Shown: positions 11,559 to 23,554 of the stretch, in pieces
Layout of the letters: every line of letters begins with the position of its first letter
How positions within the stretch are numbered: position 1 is the first letter of the stretch
NCBI GenBank assembly: GCA_040383945.1
Contig: JBEICN010000002.1
Coordinates: 1 to 57,965, forward strand
Source: Candidatus Peribacteria bacterium
Lineage (GTDB): Bacteria > Patescibacteriota > Gracilibacteria > BD1-5 > UBA2023
DNA: 57,965 nucleotides
Direction: 5' to 3'
Made by a program: the position numbers and the translations under genes
The notes under the pieces: generated by a model
The model's database searches: none
What the model saw: the letters and a program-made list of their open reading frames with translations, nothing else
Told to the model about the DNA's origin: nothing

Positions 11559-12578
11559 CTATCAATCTCGACAATCTTTCATAATTACTTCTCTATATTT
11601 TTTTGCATATCAAGAATTATACATGATCAATCAAATTTCACGATTTTGGTCCAAAGAATTTTGCGTAAAATTCTGGCTTCAAATGAGAAGAATTTGGTCA
11701 TCGATTTCGATGGTCTTTGCGTGTACAAAAGGAGATTTTGCCTGATGAAAGGAAATGTTTTGAGTCTGCATTCGATGCGCAAAACTGAAGCGCTCAGGAC
11801 TCTTTTCATACGCAAGACACATATATACTCGAACTCAAGAAGCTGAAAGAGACTCCAAAAGCACAAGAAGTTGTTCATCCGAAAAAGAAACCGCAAACAC
11901 GCGTATATGTTTTTTGGCATGTTTGAGATAGTGTTCAATTTTTTTTCTAGCGTCAATTGGGGATATGTAGAGAGAAGTGTGAGTTGATCGAAATGGAAAC
12001 CTGTTATAGTCGGCATCAAACAGAGCGTTCATAAACGAAACGATGGAAGCTTCTGAAGTTCCCACTAAAAATTCTCGATTTTTGTGAAATGATGCGTTCG
12101 TGAAATTTCCAGTACTCACGAGCACAAAATCGTCTACAATTACATATTTTGCATGATTGAAGTTCTGTTGAACCTCATCTGCCCATACTACTGCCACCCC
12201 CTCATGTTTGAGGCGTGCAAAGACGGAGGTGTTTCCTTTTGGATTTGCGTATACGGAGCGCTCAAGAATAATGCGAACATGAATTTGTTTTCGATGAGCA
12301 TCAATCAGGGCATCAATAAGCCTCTCGTCTGATAGAAGATATACATTGAGGTTAATTTTTCGTTTTGCCGAATGTATTTTGTCAATAAGAATGTCTCCGG
12401 TCCGGTCGTCTGGTGCTATCCAAATGGAGTGAGGAAATGAGGATCATATCTCCTTTTCAATGGAAACTAGGTGTTGCTTCTGCCAATTTTTTGATGTCTC
12501 ATACTTCTCGTAATTATTCGTACAGCCAAAAAACAGAAAACCACAGCAGACAAAAACACCTAGCGAGAGTGATCTCAT
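11559..12578 (-). CDS. phospholipase D/nuclease-family lipoprotein with two HKD motifs
   Basis: Lipobox GFLFFGC. HKD motifs: HAKYVIVDDFVLVSTGNFT and HAKTIEIDDQILLIGSQNFT. Same-frame joining over TGA. Ends in TAG at 11559-11561. Confidence 0.75.
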
Positions 12579-12835
12579 ACCAAAATACGAATAGAATACG
12601 ATTCCAGAGGTGGAATGGTATGTGAAACTATTCGTATAATATTTTCACCATGCATTCGAATCTCTGTTCTCGCCAAGGTATTCGTAACTCGCAAGAAAAT
12701 ATAAGAATTTTTTAGGAAAACGGTGATAATAGCTTCTGAAAGCTGAATCTGCTGAATACTCAAAAAATAATCCTGGACTTGTTTTGTCAGAAGAGAAGAG
12801 AGTGCGATGGGAGAAAGCCGCTTACCGATTTCCAT
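12560..12835 (-). CDS. small DUF721/DciA-like protein (tentative)
   Basis: 91 aa. The pattern ...IFLRVTNTLARTEIRMHGENIIRIV... resembles the DUF721 C-terminal pattern. TGA at 12575 is read through to TAG at 12560-12562. Overlaps both neighbouring genes. Confidence 0.35.
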
Positions 12836-13496
12836 ATTCTATAATAGCAAATCGTGAAATATCCGAATAATCAGGCCAAGACTGGATGTGATATGCGTGT
12901 TTCTTTGCCCAAGCAGCCACAAGTGGGAGTTGTAGATGTCAAAACTCAAGGGCCACATGCACGGTCTTGGCAATTCCAACAATTTCTTTTGATTGTTCCA
13001 ATAGATTTCGAATGCAATCGAAGCCATCCGTACCGCCTCCGTACAAGGCGATCGGTGGATCTTCGAGTCGCACATCTTCTCCGATTTCTTCATCTTCTCC
13101 GATATACGGGAGATTTGCGACGATGAGCACTCGGCGGCGCATCAGATTTTTTAAGACTCCCGACTCCAAAATTCCATCGAGCAAATTCCCCCGCAAAAAC
13201 ATAATCGGTACAGTATTATGCGCAGCATTACTTTGAGCAACTTGAAGCGCGGACTCAGAAATATCCGTAGCATAGAACTCTGCCAGCTGAAAGCGAGCAT
13301 GCAGTGAAATGGCAATAGCACCAGACCCCGTGCCGACATCTATGATAATTTCTGGAGGTTCCTGGTTTGAGAAAAAACGAGCCACTCCGAGCACCAGCGC
13401 TTCCGTCTCAAGTCTTGGCGTAAGTACGGAGCGATTATATCACAAAGATACATCGAGAAAATCAACTCTTCCGTCAAATATGAGACTATTAGGCAT
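12822..13496 (-). CDS. prmC: release-factor glutamine N5-methyltransferase-like (short form)
   Basis: SAM motif IIDVGTGSGAIAISL, ATDIS, and LIVANLPYI (an NPPY variant). PRLETEALV upstream. Joined across two TGA codons. Ends in TAA at 12822-12824. Confidence 0.7.
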
Positions 13497-14256
13497 TTTC
13501 AAATTTTTTGAATTCGAAAATCAATGAGGCTGCAAAGAGTACCAACACCAGAAAAAGAGCTGCTACTCCAAAGTTGGTGGCGTAAAAACTTGCCTCCAAA
13601 GCTACTGGTGTACCCAAAGTATTTTTTGCAGAATTCAAAGCCTCAAACTGGGGAAATATCGTCATGAGGAATTTGGACAAATAGATCATCGCGGTATTTT
13701 CATTTCGAATTGCCATATCCAAGACTCCGGTAATTGAGTGGGCAGATATGTATACACCCAAAGTAAAAAGTATCGATAATAGCGGAGAGCTGAAGGTAGA
13801 AAAAAATAGGATAATAGCAAAAACAAGGAGGAGTTTTACGGCAATGGAAACTATGGCGATAAAAATAAGTGGATCGAACGTCAGAGACTGAAACGCCAAA
13901 ATTCCGAGCAAAACCAAGCCCTGAATACCAATAATCAATAGTACGACCGCTCAGAAACCTATGAATTTTCCAAGTATATAGTCTTTTCTTGCTATGGGCT
14001 TTGAAAGGATTAAATAGATAGTCCTCCCCTCAATCTCCCGAAAAAGTATCTGTCCACCCACAAAAATTACTGCGATAAGCCCCCCGATTTCAATCATTGA
14101 GAGCCCAAAATCAACAATGATTCTCTTGGTTTCCCCAAGTGAAAGCGTGGCAAGAACGAGAGAAAATCCAATGAGTGCGCAAGCAAAAAGCAAAATCACC
14201 GACAAAATTCGATTTCGGAGTAGTTCGCGAAGCGTGTTTATAGCAATATTATACAT
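13489..14256 (-). CDS. ABC-2-type transporter permease (no ATPase partner in this window)
   Basis: Track ORFs 13951 and 13489 join in frame over TGA. Six predicted TM helices. The N-terminus MYNIAINTLRELLRNRIL is typical of ABC-2/NosY-like permeases. Confidence 0.55.
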
Positions 14257-14310
14257 GTGGCACAGTATAAAAATAATAGAGGAAAGTTCAAATGGAAGGA
14301 TAGAAAAAAC

Positions 14311-15240
14311 CTAGCTTTCAAAGGATCATATATTGAGAATTTCTATCGCCCTACGCTTGCCCTTTCCTTCTATGACTATCTCGCCGAGCTCGATAACTCA
14401 TTCGCGTGTGGCCACCAAAAGATGTTCTTCCTCTCTCCAAAAAGAACCGGGAAGGTGATCTTTTTCTCAACCAACTACATCCCATATTCTGCAATCAAGT
14501 ATTTTGCACCGCTTTCCTTGATACATAGTCCACGCACCTGGCCAAGAGGTATATGCTTGCCAAAGTCGATGTATTTGTGAGGCGGTGGTAGTTGTCCAAA
14601 AAATTTGTCCATCTTCTCGGGTTAATTTTTTTGTGTAAGTCGCGAGTGCATGATCCTGTTCTCGAATACCTATCTCCTTCGCAAGGTACTTGCGCAATGT
14701 TTGAAAAAGTATGGCTCCAGAAATTTTACAAAATTTTGTAAACAATGAATCGCTCGTTTCTTCGTCGACAATAGAAATTATAGCAGTATCCAAGATTCCC
14801 CCCTCATCCATTCATTCGGTCATTTCCATGATAGTGATACCCGTCTCGCGCTCTCATTCCAAGAGTGCTCATTGAATGGGCGAGGCTCCGCGATACTTTG
14901 GCAAGAGAGAAGCATGTACATTGATGGGCAATACCTTAGGAAGGGTTAAAATTTCAGCAGGTAAAATTTTGCCATAGGCAACAACGACCAAAAAGTCTAC
15001 CTCAAAATCTTGTAACTTGACCAAAAAATCAGGATTACCACGAATTTTCTCCGGACGAAAGAGTGTGATATTGTGACGGAGAGCGAGCTGAGACACCGGG
15101 CTTGGAGTGAGTGTTGCATGTCTTCCCACTGGGCGGTCTGGCTGACTTACGACATATACCACCTCCACATCTTCAGCAGCTATACCATCTGCAAGAACTG
15201 CGGCAGCAAGTTCTGGAGTACCAAAAAAACCTATTTTCAT
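14311..15240 (-). CDS. fmt: methionyl-tRNA formyltransferase
   Basis: MKIGFFGTPELAA...VVSQPDRPVGR...INVHASLLPKYRGASPIQ-G-ALLE. Track ORFs 14869 and 14467 are in the same frame. Ends in TAG at 14311-14313. Confidence 0.9.
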
Positions 15241-15926
15241 GAGGAAATTACATATGAAAATTTTGAATCTCAGCGGAATATATCAAGCGTCACCCCCGTA
15301 TAACTCGCTCCGCTTGCGTCATAAATAGATTTTTGAGAGCGCATATTTTTGAGTGTTACTCCCGTCATAGCATTTGGAAGTGCTATAGTTGATAAAAATT
15401 TTGTCCCGGAAATCTCTGTATCCAATGGATACACAAAGAATGTATTTTTTTGAGTTGCATCATCTGCCGTAACAATTTGCTGAGGAATATCAAAGGTGCC
15501 ACTCATCGTAAATGCAATGGTATTTGCAGGAGCATTTCTCATCTCTCGATAATATGTTCTATTCTCGGATATAAGTGCAAATCCTGGTTTGGTGGCACCA
15601 GAAAACGTCAGCACTCCGCTTTGAGTATTCCAATTATAATCAAGTCGCACCGAATCATGTACTCGATAGGTATTGGTATCTACTATGATACCGGGAGCGT
15701 CTTTGAAAAATCGCATGGAATAGTCAGAAATCACTCCTTCTGCCACTTTCCTATCCATTTCTTGAATAAGAGTTTGTATGCGCCTTTGCACAAAAGCATT
15801 TTTATTTGATTCTTCCAAAGTGCTGAAAGTTTTGAAGCCAACGACAGAAACCGTGGCAATAATAATTGTTACAATGAGTAATTCTATCAAGGAAAAACCT
15901 CACTTTGAAGACGTTTTCAGGGACAA
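15231..15926 (-). CDS. type IV prepilin-like protein (start unresolved; in frame with the upstream GT4 gene)
   Basis: Prepilin signature K-G-G|FSLIELLIVTIIIATVSVVGF, with the first Gly of the KGG pair (position -2 from the cleavage site) encoded by TGA 15900-15902. The candidate TTG start at 15924-15926 gives the leader MSLKTSSKGG. The standard-code stop TGA 15270 is read through to TAG 15231-15233. Confidence 0.7.
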
Positions 15927-17069
15927 GATTTTGGTGATAAAAACTATCACGATGATGAGGGCGATAAATAGAAGGACTTTCCCGATTTTATCGAGAAAAA
16001 CTGCAGAAATTCCAAAAAATAAAGCAATGGAGTATACAAAATTGCGAATGAAAGCGTCAGACATGCCGATCGCTTTGAGGCGATAGTGTAAATGATGGAT
16101 TCGATCTCACTTCAGCGGATTTTTCTTATTTGAAATGCGGGCAAAAATAACATAAATTGCGTCCACCAGATATACTCAAAGCGCCGTAGCGACGGTAGCC
16201 ACTTTTCCACCGACCAGTATGGCAAGAGATGCTATCATAAAAGCCAAAAACATAGTACCACTGTCTCCAAGAAGCATTTTTGGGGTAAGATTATAATACC
16301 ATGCCCAAATGAGCGAGGGAAGAAGTATCGAAAGAATACCAAAAACAAACATGGCATTTTGACGGAGCGCGGGAGTAGTATCGAGCAAATAAAAACGAAT
16401 GGTGGATATGAGTATTATAAAAAGTGTGATGGTCGTCAGTCAAATCGTAAGCCCAGGAACTCCATCACTCCAATTCACACTATTGAAAACGAGTACATAC
16501 CAAAAAATCGTAAAAAATAGAGGTATAAGAAATACTTCGTATCAAAAAAGCGAGACAGAAAAAAAATCTAAGTAGAGAATGCCTCAGAAAATATTGGATA
16601 TATAACTAATTTTTATACTGGTCAGCCCCACTATCAGTCCGACGAGAATCTGCATGGCCAATCGAACTTTTGGGGATATCGCAAATCCTGTTTTTCGAAT
16701 TTTTCAGAGGTCTTCCATGGTAAACTTCTGAGCGCTTTTTTCTGACCGATCGAACTTAAAAATAGTATCGAGGTCATCTACAAAACTCAACCCCGTAACC
16801 AATGCTCATAGTATGATCAATACTAAAAGCTTATCCGTTACCTCCATATACCCGAGCGCTATGCAAATCACGCAAACTGCTACAAAATTCAAGTATAGCA
16901 GCAATCCAAATCCAAAAGGCACCGGATCTCGATCATGTCCATATGGGCCAGGATTATCGAGAAGTCAGAATTTTCGAAACCACTTTCCTCCGAGGAAAAA
17001 CGAATAATAACTGACGATTGTTGAAAGCATTACTATCCCCAGAAATGTAATTGGATTTGCCAAAACCAT
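15903..17069 (-). CDS. glycosyltransferase family 4 (WecA/MraY-like phospho-sugar transferase); 3' boundary unresolved
   Basis: ATG 17067-17069. Polytopic membrane protein. Motifs: VNWSDGVPGL, LLGDSGTMFLAFM, HHLHYRL. There is no TAA/TAG before the prepilin domain; I checked this triplet by triplet over 15891-16178. Confidence 0.75.
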
Positions 17070-17070
17070 A

Positions 17071-17763
17071 TTATTCTTGTAATTCTTTTTGTTTTTCCTT
17101 GAGATATCCCAAAAACTCTTTTCGCTTGAACATGGCTATGTATCATACCAAAAGCAATATTACACCAAAAAAGAACCAAGATATCCAGTCCAATACTATA
17201 TCGATGTGGGTGGTAAAGAAAACTCAGAGTACCAAAATCGTACAAGACCAAATTATTGAACCTATGATATTGAACATCCAAAACTTCTCGTTCTTCATAG
17301 AAAAAGTTCCAGCGAGAAATGGAACAAAGGTGCGGGTAAAACTATGGAATTTTCATAAAATGATAAAAACCGCCCCATTTTTCTGTATTTGCTTGGATAA
17401 TATTTTTTGTTCTGTTTTACCAAGTGCAAAAGAGTCCCCGTAATTTTTTAGAAACACGAGTCCGTATCTCACGCCGAGCATGTAACCGATCCAATTTCAT
17501 AATATTGCCCCAATACATGCTCAGAGCACTGCAAGAGGGAAGTGCGACTGACCATAGAATCATCCAACCACGAGCATAATCTGCTGACCCGGCACGAGAA
17601 TCCCGATAACTGGAAAGGACTCTATCAGACTTGTTGTAAGCACAATGGGGAAATTCCAATGCCCAAGTCGCACGGAAAGATCTCCCATCCATCGGATTGC
17701 ATGCTCCGCCAAATCTGGACGAAAAATAGCGATACCCAAGAGCAGGAGCAATAACGTGGTCAT
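17071..17763 (-). CDS. dedA: DedA-family membrane protein
   Basis: ATG 17761-17763. LIESFPVIGILVPGQQIMLVVG-G-FYG... is a DedA/SNARE-associated pattern. Six in-frame TGA codons. TAA 17071-17073 lies one base before the GT4 ATG. Confidence 0.75.
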
Positions 17764-17794
17764 TCCTCACTGTAAGATTTGAACCAAAAAAGAA

Positions 17795-17848
17795 GAAGTT
17801 GATTTTTTCATGCATACACGATAGTGCAGAATCCAAAAAATCAACTTC
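17795..17848 (-). terminator. Rho-independent terminator candidate
   Basis: Perfect 14-bp inverted repeat gaagttgatttttt (17795-17808) / aaaaaatcaacttc (17835-17848). A T-rich tract follows on the minus strand. It lies just after TAG 17866. Confidence 0.5.
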
Positions 17849-17865
17849 TAATTTTTTACCCCGTT

Positions 17866-19239
17866 CTACTGTTTGATTCGCTTAGTCGAGATGTTTGGTG
17901 CTCGGTAAGTGTTTATGCTCGTTTGAACTCAGCCTGAAGCAGTTATGCCAGTTTGTGTTACACTCTCAGAAGCAACCGCAATAGCGGTGACTCCAGAGAA
18001 CGCTACGGTGGTCACATCAGTCTGAATAACACTTGGAGTAGTTGTGTCAGTTACCCCAGATTGGGTAGTATCAGCACTATTTTCAATACCAGAGACAGGC
18101 ATAGTAGCTTCTTTTGGTGCTTCCTCAGTATTTTTTGCCACCGTTGGTGATGACTCCATGACACTTGATTTCGTTACATCAACCTTGCCGAAGACTCCGA
18201 GTCAAAACATCAGTGCCACAACCCCGAGTGAAAGCATGGCAGATACTCCATATATAGCTTTTTTCTTATTCTCAAACAATGTCGCAAGCCCCCCCTTTCG
18301 GTCTCTTGAAATATTATTCTCCACCGATTCAACTGGTTCATGAGAAGTGCTAGCAGAGATGGGTTCTGAAGCATCAGAAGCTATACCAGGCACTTGGGCA
18401 TCAGAAACTATTTCTGAAATAACTGGCTCTGATTGGCTCACCACCATAGGCAGCTCCGCGGAAGGGTTTGAGGCCTCGGGTGGAAGTGGCTGATGGTCTA
18501 CTCATTGAGAAGATGTGTCAACGATCAAAGTTTCCGCGCTCACATTGCTGGCAACTGGGTTATGAGCTTGTTCCAGAGATTTGGAGCTCACCTCCAACTC
18601 TGCTACTACGAGACTTTCTTGATCATTTTTTTCTACCTTTTCAGCTTTTGTTTCTGTTAAAGAGCCCATTTCCATGATATCGCTAAAAAGCTCGTTATTC
18701 TCAAATCCCAAGTTCGGAAAAAATTCTGATGAAAAAGATTTGGAGTGAGCTTTGGATGTGTCGTTCGCATGGAGACTAGCATCTGATATACCCCCTTCGC
18801 TACTTGGTTTCTCATAGTCATGGTCTTGAGAAATATGTAGTAAGGTTGTGGTTGATCCAGTGGATAGAGCGGTAATTGCGTCATTTTTTTCTGGTGTGAT
18901 CGATGTTTTGGTTACATTTTCGGTAACACCCGCACTACTGAATTCCGTAGTGGCTTCCGTTACTGATTCAGCCGTACTTTCAACAGAAGCATCAGATGTT
19001 GAGACGGCTCACGCACTCGAGACTCATGGCTTTTTGACAGTCAAAAGTGAAATTTTCGCTTTCGAAGCTGGAGCATCTGTTTTTGCAGAAGCTATTTCAA
19101 CCACGGGTGGCGCGGTGTTTGTGTCAGCGGCATTTTCCTTCGCAACACTCTCAGCCTGTGGACTAGGAGAAAATGAGGCAGGAGGTATTTCATTCGCAGT
19201 ATTCTGCTTTTTGAGGGCGGTGAGGTCGAGTTTAGCCAT
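17866..19239 (-). CDS. acidic Ser/Thr/Ala/Glu-rich low-complexity protein with one central TM helix
   Basis: Track ORFs 19024, 18502, 18202 and 17929 share one frame and join over TGA. Central helix AIYGVSAMLSLGVVALMFGLGVFG. Ends in TAG at 17866-17868. Confidence 0.55.
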
Positions 19240-19387
19240 GGGAAAAAAGTACATAAATATTCTATGGTATGTTTTTTCAGAAGTCAAAAAAATTACACTT
19301 TCGTGATTTCTTCTTTACAAGATGGGATTTTTGATACAATTACCGCAACTTTTTTCCGAAAGGGTGTTTTACTTTGAACTGATTATT

Positions 19388-21187
19388 ATGTTATATAGAA
19401 ATATCGCAATTATTGCCCACGTTGACCATGGGAAAACTACGCTCGTTGACGCACTCCTCAAACAATCCGGTGTATTTCGGGACAATGAAGCGGTAGAAGT
19501 GTGTGTTATGGACTCTAATGACCAAGAAAAGGAGCGAGGAATTACTATCTATGCAAAAAACACTGCTGTTTTCTACAAAGATGTCAAAATTAACATTGTA
19601 GACACTCCCGGTCATGCGGATTTTGGTTCAGAAGTGGAACGAGTTCTTCGAATGGTAGACTCTGTTTGTCTCGTGGTTGATGCCTACGAAGGACCCATGC
19701 CACAGACAAAATTTGTCTTGAAAAAAGCATTAAGTCTTGGACTTCGACCTATAGTTATTATCAACAAAATCGATAAACCAACCGCTCGACCTGACGAAGT
19801 AGTTGATATGCTATTTGATCTTTTTGTGCAGCTTGGAGCTACAGATGAACAACTCGACTTCCCAGTGGTGTATGCGATTGCTCGAGAAGGAATTGCTGTA
19901 AGAAAGCTCACCGATGAAAAAAAGGATATATCTCCTATTTTTGACCTCATTCTGGAGCATGTAGCTGCTGCTGACAACGATCTCGAAAAGCCATTCCGAA
20001 TGCAAATTGCCAATCTTGCCTATGACAACTATCTCGGTCGACTGGGTATCGGTCGTGTCTACGAAGGGGTGGTGAAAGTTGGCCAAACAGTAACCATCCT
20101 TGGGAATAATGGAGTGAAGCGATCTGGAAAAATCTCAAAATGTTTCACCTCTCTCGGTCTCAAGAGAAATGAAGTAACTACTGCTGAAGCTGGTGATATC
20201 GTCACCATTGCTGGAATTTCTGATATTTATGTTGGAGAAACCGTATCAAGCGTACCTGAATTTGAAGCCATGCCAGCCATCACCATTGACGAGCCAACGC
20301 TCAAAATGGAATTCCGGGTAAATGATTCTCCATTTGCTGGAAAGGAAGGCAAATATGTCACTTCTAGAAATATTCGAGAACGACTTGAAAAAGAGCTAGA
20401 AATGAACGTAGGACTCAAGGTTGACTTTGAGGGATCGGATGGAAACGGATACAATGTATCTGGACGCGGAGAGCTGCACTTGTCGGTGCTCATCGAATCT
20501 ATGAGGCGTGAAGGATTTGAGCTTTGTGTTGGAGCTCCACAGGTCATCTTCCACGAAGAAGGAGGGAAAAAACAAGAGCCCATAGAGCAAGTAACCGTTT
20601 TTGTACCAGAATCTGATGCAGGATCAATTATCGAAGCCTTGTGAAAAAGAAAGGGTCTTGTAAAAAATATGGATACAAAGAATGGGATCACCAATCTTGA
20701 ATTTGAAGTCCCAACTCGAGGCCTTCTTGGATTCCGATCCCAATTCGTTACCCAAACAAAGGGGGAAGGTATCATTTATTCTGCCTTCTCTCATTACGAA
20801 GACTACAAAGGGGCTATCGAAAAACGGGAGGTTGGGTCCATGATTTCAGGAGTTGGAGGAAGCGCCATGGCCTACTCTCTTTGGAAACTCGAAGAGCGAG
20901 GACCAATATTCATCGATCCTCAGACCGAAGTCTACGAAGGTATGGTTATCGGGGAACATCTGAAGTGAGGCGATCTCGTGGTAAATCCTACGAAGAACAA
21001 ACAGCTTACAAATATGCGAGCATCGGGAACCGATGAAGCAGTTCGACTCACCCCTCCTCGAAAGTTTACTCTCGAAGAAGCACTCGACTACATTTCCTCG
21101 AGTGAGTATGTGGAAGTCACCCCTCTCAATATTCGCATTCGGAAAAAGGGCCTTACAGAAGCAGAAAGAAAGCGGGAAGGAAAATAG
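19388..21187 (+). CDS. typA: translational GTPase TypA/BipA
   Basis: [33 protein letters not shown]. Track ORFs 19322, 20669 and 20978 are in one frame, joined over two TGA codons. Ends in TAG. Confidence 0.92.
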
Positions 21188-21216
21188 GGCAACCTGCTTT
21201 TCATAAAGACAATTTT

Positions 21217-21244
21217 TTGACAAAGTAAATGCCTTTCATACAAT
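21217..21244 (+). promoter_or_regulatory. sigma-70-type promoter candidate for rpsU
   Basis: ttgaca (21217-21222), 16-nt spacer, tacaat (21239-21244), 28 nt upstream of the ATG. Confidence 0.45.
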
Positions 21245-21271
21245 ACTCGTCATTATAACTCAAAACATCAC

Positions 21272-21475
21272 ATGATCGTATACGCGATTAAAAACTCTAC
21301 CGAGTCCAACGAAAAATTGGTTCTCCGTTACAAAAAAATGTTCTTTCAAACTCGAACAGCAAACAAGCTTAAGGCTGAAGCTCAAGAGCAAAGAAAGGTA
21401 AGTCGCAGGAAAATTCGTGAAGCAGCTATCGTTCGAAGTTTTTATCGAGCGGCTAACAAAAATAATGCTGCGTAA
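21272..21475 (+). CDS. rpsU: 30S ribosomal protein S21-like
   Basis: 67-aa basic protein. VYAIKNSTESNEKLVLRYKKMF...RRKIREAAIVR resembles S21. Confidence 0.6.
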   Translation: MIVYAIKNSTESNEKLVLRYKKMFFQTRTANKLKAEAQEQRKVSRRKIREAAIVRSFYRAANKNNAA

Positions 21476-21574
21476 TATTTGTATATTATACGACAAAAAA
21501 ACAGATCTGTAATGGTCTGTTTTTTTGACCCTTGTCAAAATATAGGGTACTCTGAGTATGGTAAACACATATCA

Positions 21575-22645
21575 ATGCAAAACACGACTATTATCGACAT
21601 CCTTGCCGACCTGGAAAACACAAATTCTTCTGTTTCAAGCGAGACACGCCTCACTGTGAATCCTGCTGAAGACCAGACTTCAATCACATCAGGTTTTGAG
21701 AAAAACGAAACTTTCATTCAACAATATGAGCATGCGCTGCTCGATTTGGAATTGGCCAATACGACAGATCTCATTTGTCAAAGCGAATCGAATACTCCAG
21801 CACAAACTCCTCACTCGTTTGCAAAAAATACCCTGTCGAATTTGAAGTCAGGGATCTCAATTTTTTCCCGATATATTACGGTATCTGGTGTGGTATTTGC
21901 GGTACTACTTCTTGCAACAAATTGGTCTGCCTACTACACGGTTGCCATTAACTTTATCCATCCGGAAGGGCTCTATGCAACGAGTCAACAAATACAAAAT
22001 ACTCTTTCAAACTCAAAAATCACCATATATGCAAACGAAGTAGGCGCCACCGTCTTTGAAAAGAAAGAAAAAGCAGAAGATATAAAAAAACAGCTCGATG
22101 CAGAAAACATAAAAGTTAACGAGGAGCCGTTTTCCATGAAAAATCTCATTCCGACAGAGCCAAATGTCTCTGCAAGATTTGATATCACCCCCTACGAAAA
22201 CAGGATAATTATTCCGCGAATAGGCAAGAATATTCCGTTGGTGGATATTTCCATGACGAGATCGTTCGATTTTGATCACATGGAAAACATCTTTATGCAA
22301 GAATTGGAGAAGGGAGTCGTGCGCTACCCAGGATCTGCGGTTCCTGGAGAAAAGGGAAATGCGTTTATATTTTGACATTCTTCTAACTATCCTTGGCTGA
22401 AAGGAGACTTTAATGATGTCTTCGCACTACTCGATAATGTGGAATTCGGGGATCAGATCATTGTATTCTACAACCAAAAGAAATTTGTATATACGGTGCG
22501 TGAGAAAAAAATCGTACGACCCGGTGATGTGAAAGTTTTAGAAAGAAATCCTGAAGCAAGAGAGCTTTCTCTGATGACCTGCTGGCCGATTGGAACGACC
22601 CTTAAGCGTATGCTCGTATTTGCTGAATTAACCGAAAACCCATAG
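21575..22645 (+). CDS. sortase (membrane-anchored transpeptidase)
   Basis: TM helix VSGVVFAVLLLATNW. Motifs IIPRIGKNIPLV, NAFIF-G-HSS (TGA 22373-22375), LSLMTCWPIG (the TLxTC Cys motif) and a conserved Arg region. Ends in TAG. Confidence 0.8.
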
Positions 22646-22685
22646 TATGAACTTCTTCTGATCCTCATATTCATATGACAGCTCT

Positions 22686-22946
22686 ATGCTTCTTGCTCTA
22701 GAGCCAAGTGAATACGCTTATATTGGCGGAATAGTCGCAGTGGGAATACTTCTCTATTTCATACTCCCAATTCTCAAAAAAATGCGAGATACACAGAAAA
22801 TACAAAAAGAAAAAAAGCTAAATAAACAAAGAATTCAGGATCTTATTACCATGAAGGAGATTCAGTGAGAAATCGATCAAGAAATGCGAGAGGCACTTAT
22901 TCACTCGGAACTTCGTTCCAAGAAGGAGCACCAGCCCGAAGCGTAA
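22686..22946 (+). CDS. small membrane protein (hypothetical)
   Basis: ATG start. One TM helix (IGGIVAVGILLYFILPIL) followed by a K/E-rich tail. TGA 22866 is read through to TAA 22944-22946. Confidence 0.35.
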
Positions 22947-23553
22947 ATATGTGAGTGCGTTCGCGAGGAAGACCATTCCACCCTCGCCCGAGCGCGTAGG
23001 CAAGTCGCTGCAATTGCACATGGGACTGGGCGAGATACTGAGTCAAATACGCATCTTCCTTTTTTGCATAAATTCGAGTGATAATGCCATCATTGAGTGC
23101 TGCGATATTTGCTCGAATAGCTCATTGGGAAATATACAGTGATGACCTTGATGAGCAAGTATACACAAGATTTTTTATATCGACACCGAGAGAAATTTTT
23201 GCATGTTCTGGAACGAGAAACCTGTTTAATGTGGCATTATAGAAGCCGAGTTCAAGATATATTTTTCGAATGTGATCGAAAATTTTTTTGGTAAATGTTC
23301 CATTCAAAAAAAGCCGATCTTCTCAATGTATTTTGGGAATCACTTGGGACTGAAAAAGATCCCACATATATGCTTCTCTACGAACTTCTGAAAAATCAAA
23401 GAGCATCTGAGAAATATGAGGATGTTCCATGGTATCAAAATATAGATATCACGGTATCGCCTCCAGTAGATCCAACGGCTGACGGCAATCAAAAACATAA
23501 TCCGTAGTACCGTCCTCAAAATATAAAATCGATTGCGTTCAAACGTGGTGCAT
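22897..23553 (-). CDS. hypothetical protein (218 aa)
   Basis: ATG 23551-23553 lies one base after the rlmH stop. Same-frame joining over four TGA codons. Ends in TAA at 22897-22899. Globular-looking sequence; I recognise no motif. Confidence 0.5.
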
Positions 23554-23554
23554 G

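Noticed and set aside
17417-17836. 139-aa minus-strand ORF (MDSALSCMHEK...).
   Set aside because: It is an off-frame read of the dedA region, with Cys/Trp/Arg-rich composition. The DedA frame gives a coherent membrane protein.
20227-20775. 182-aa minus-strand ORF inside typA.
   Set aside because: It is antisense shadow of the highly conserved TypA coding sequence.
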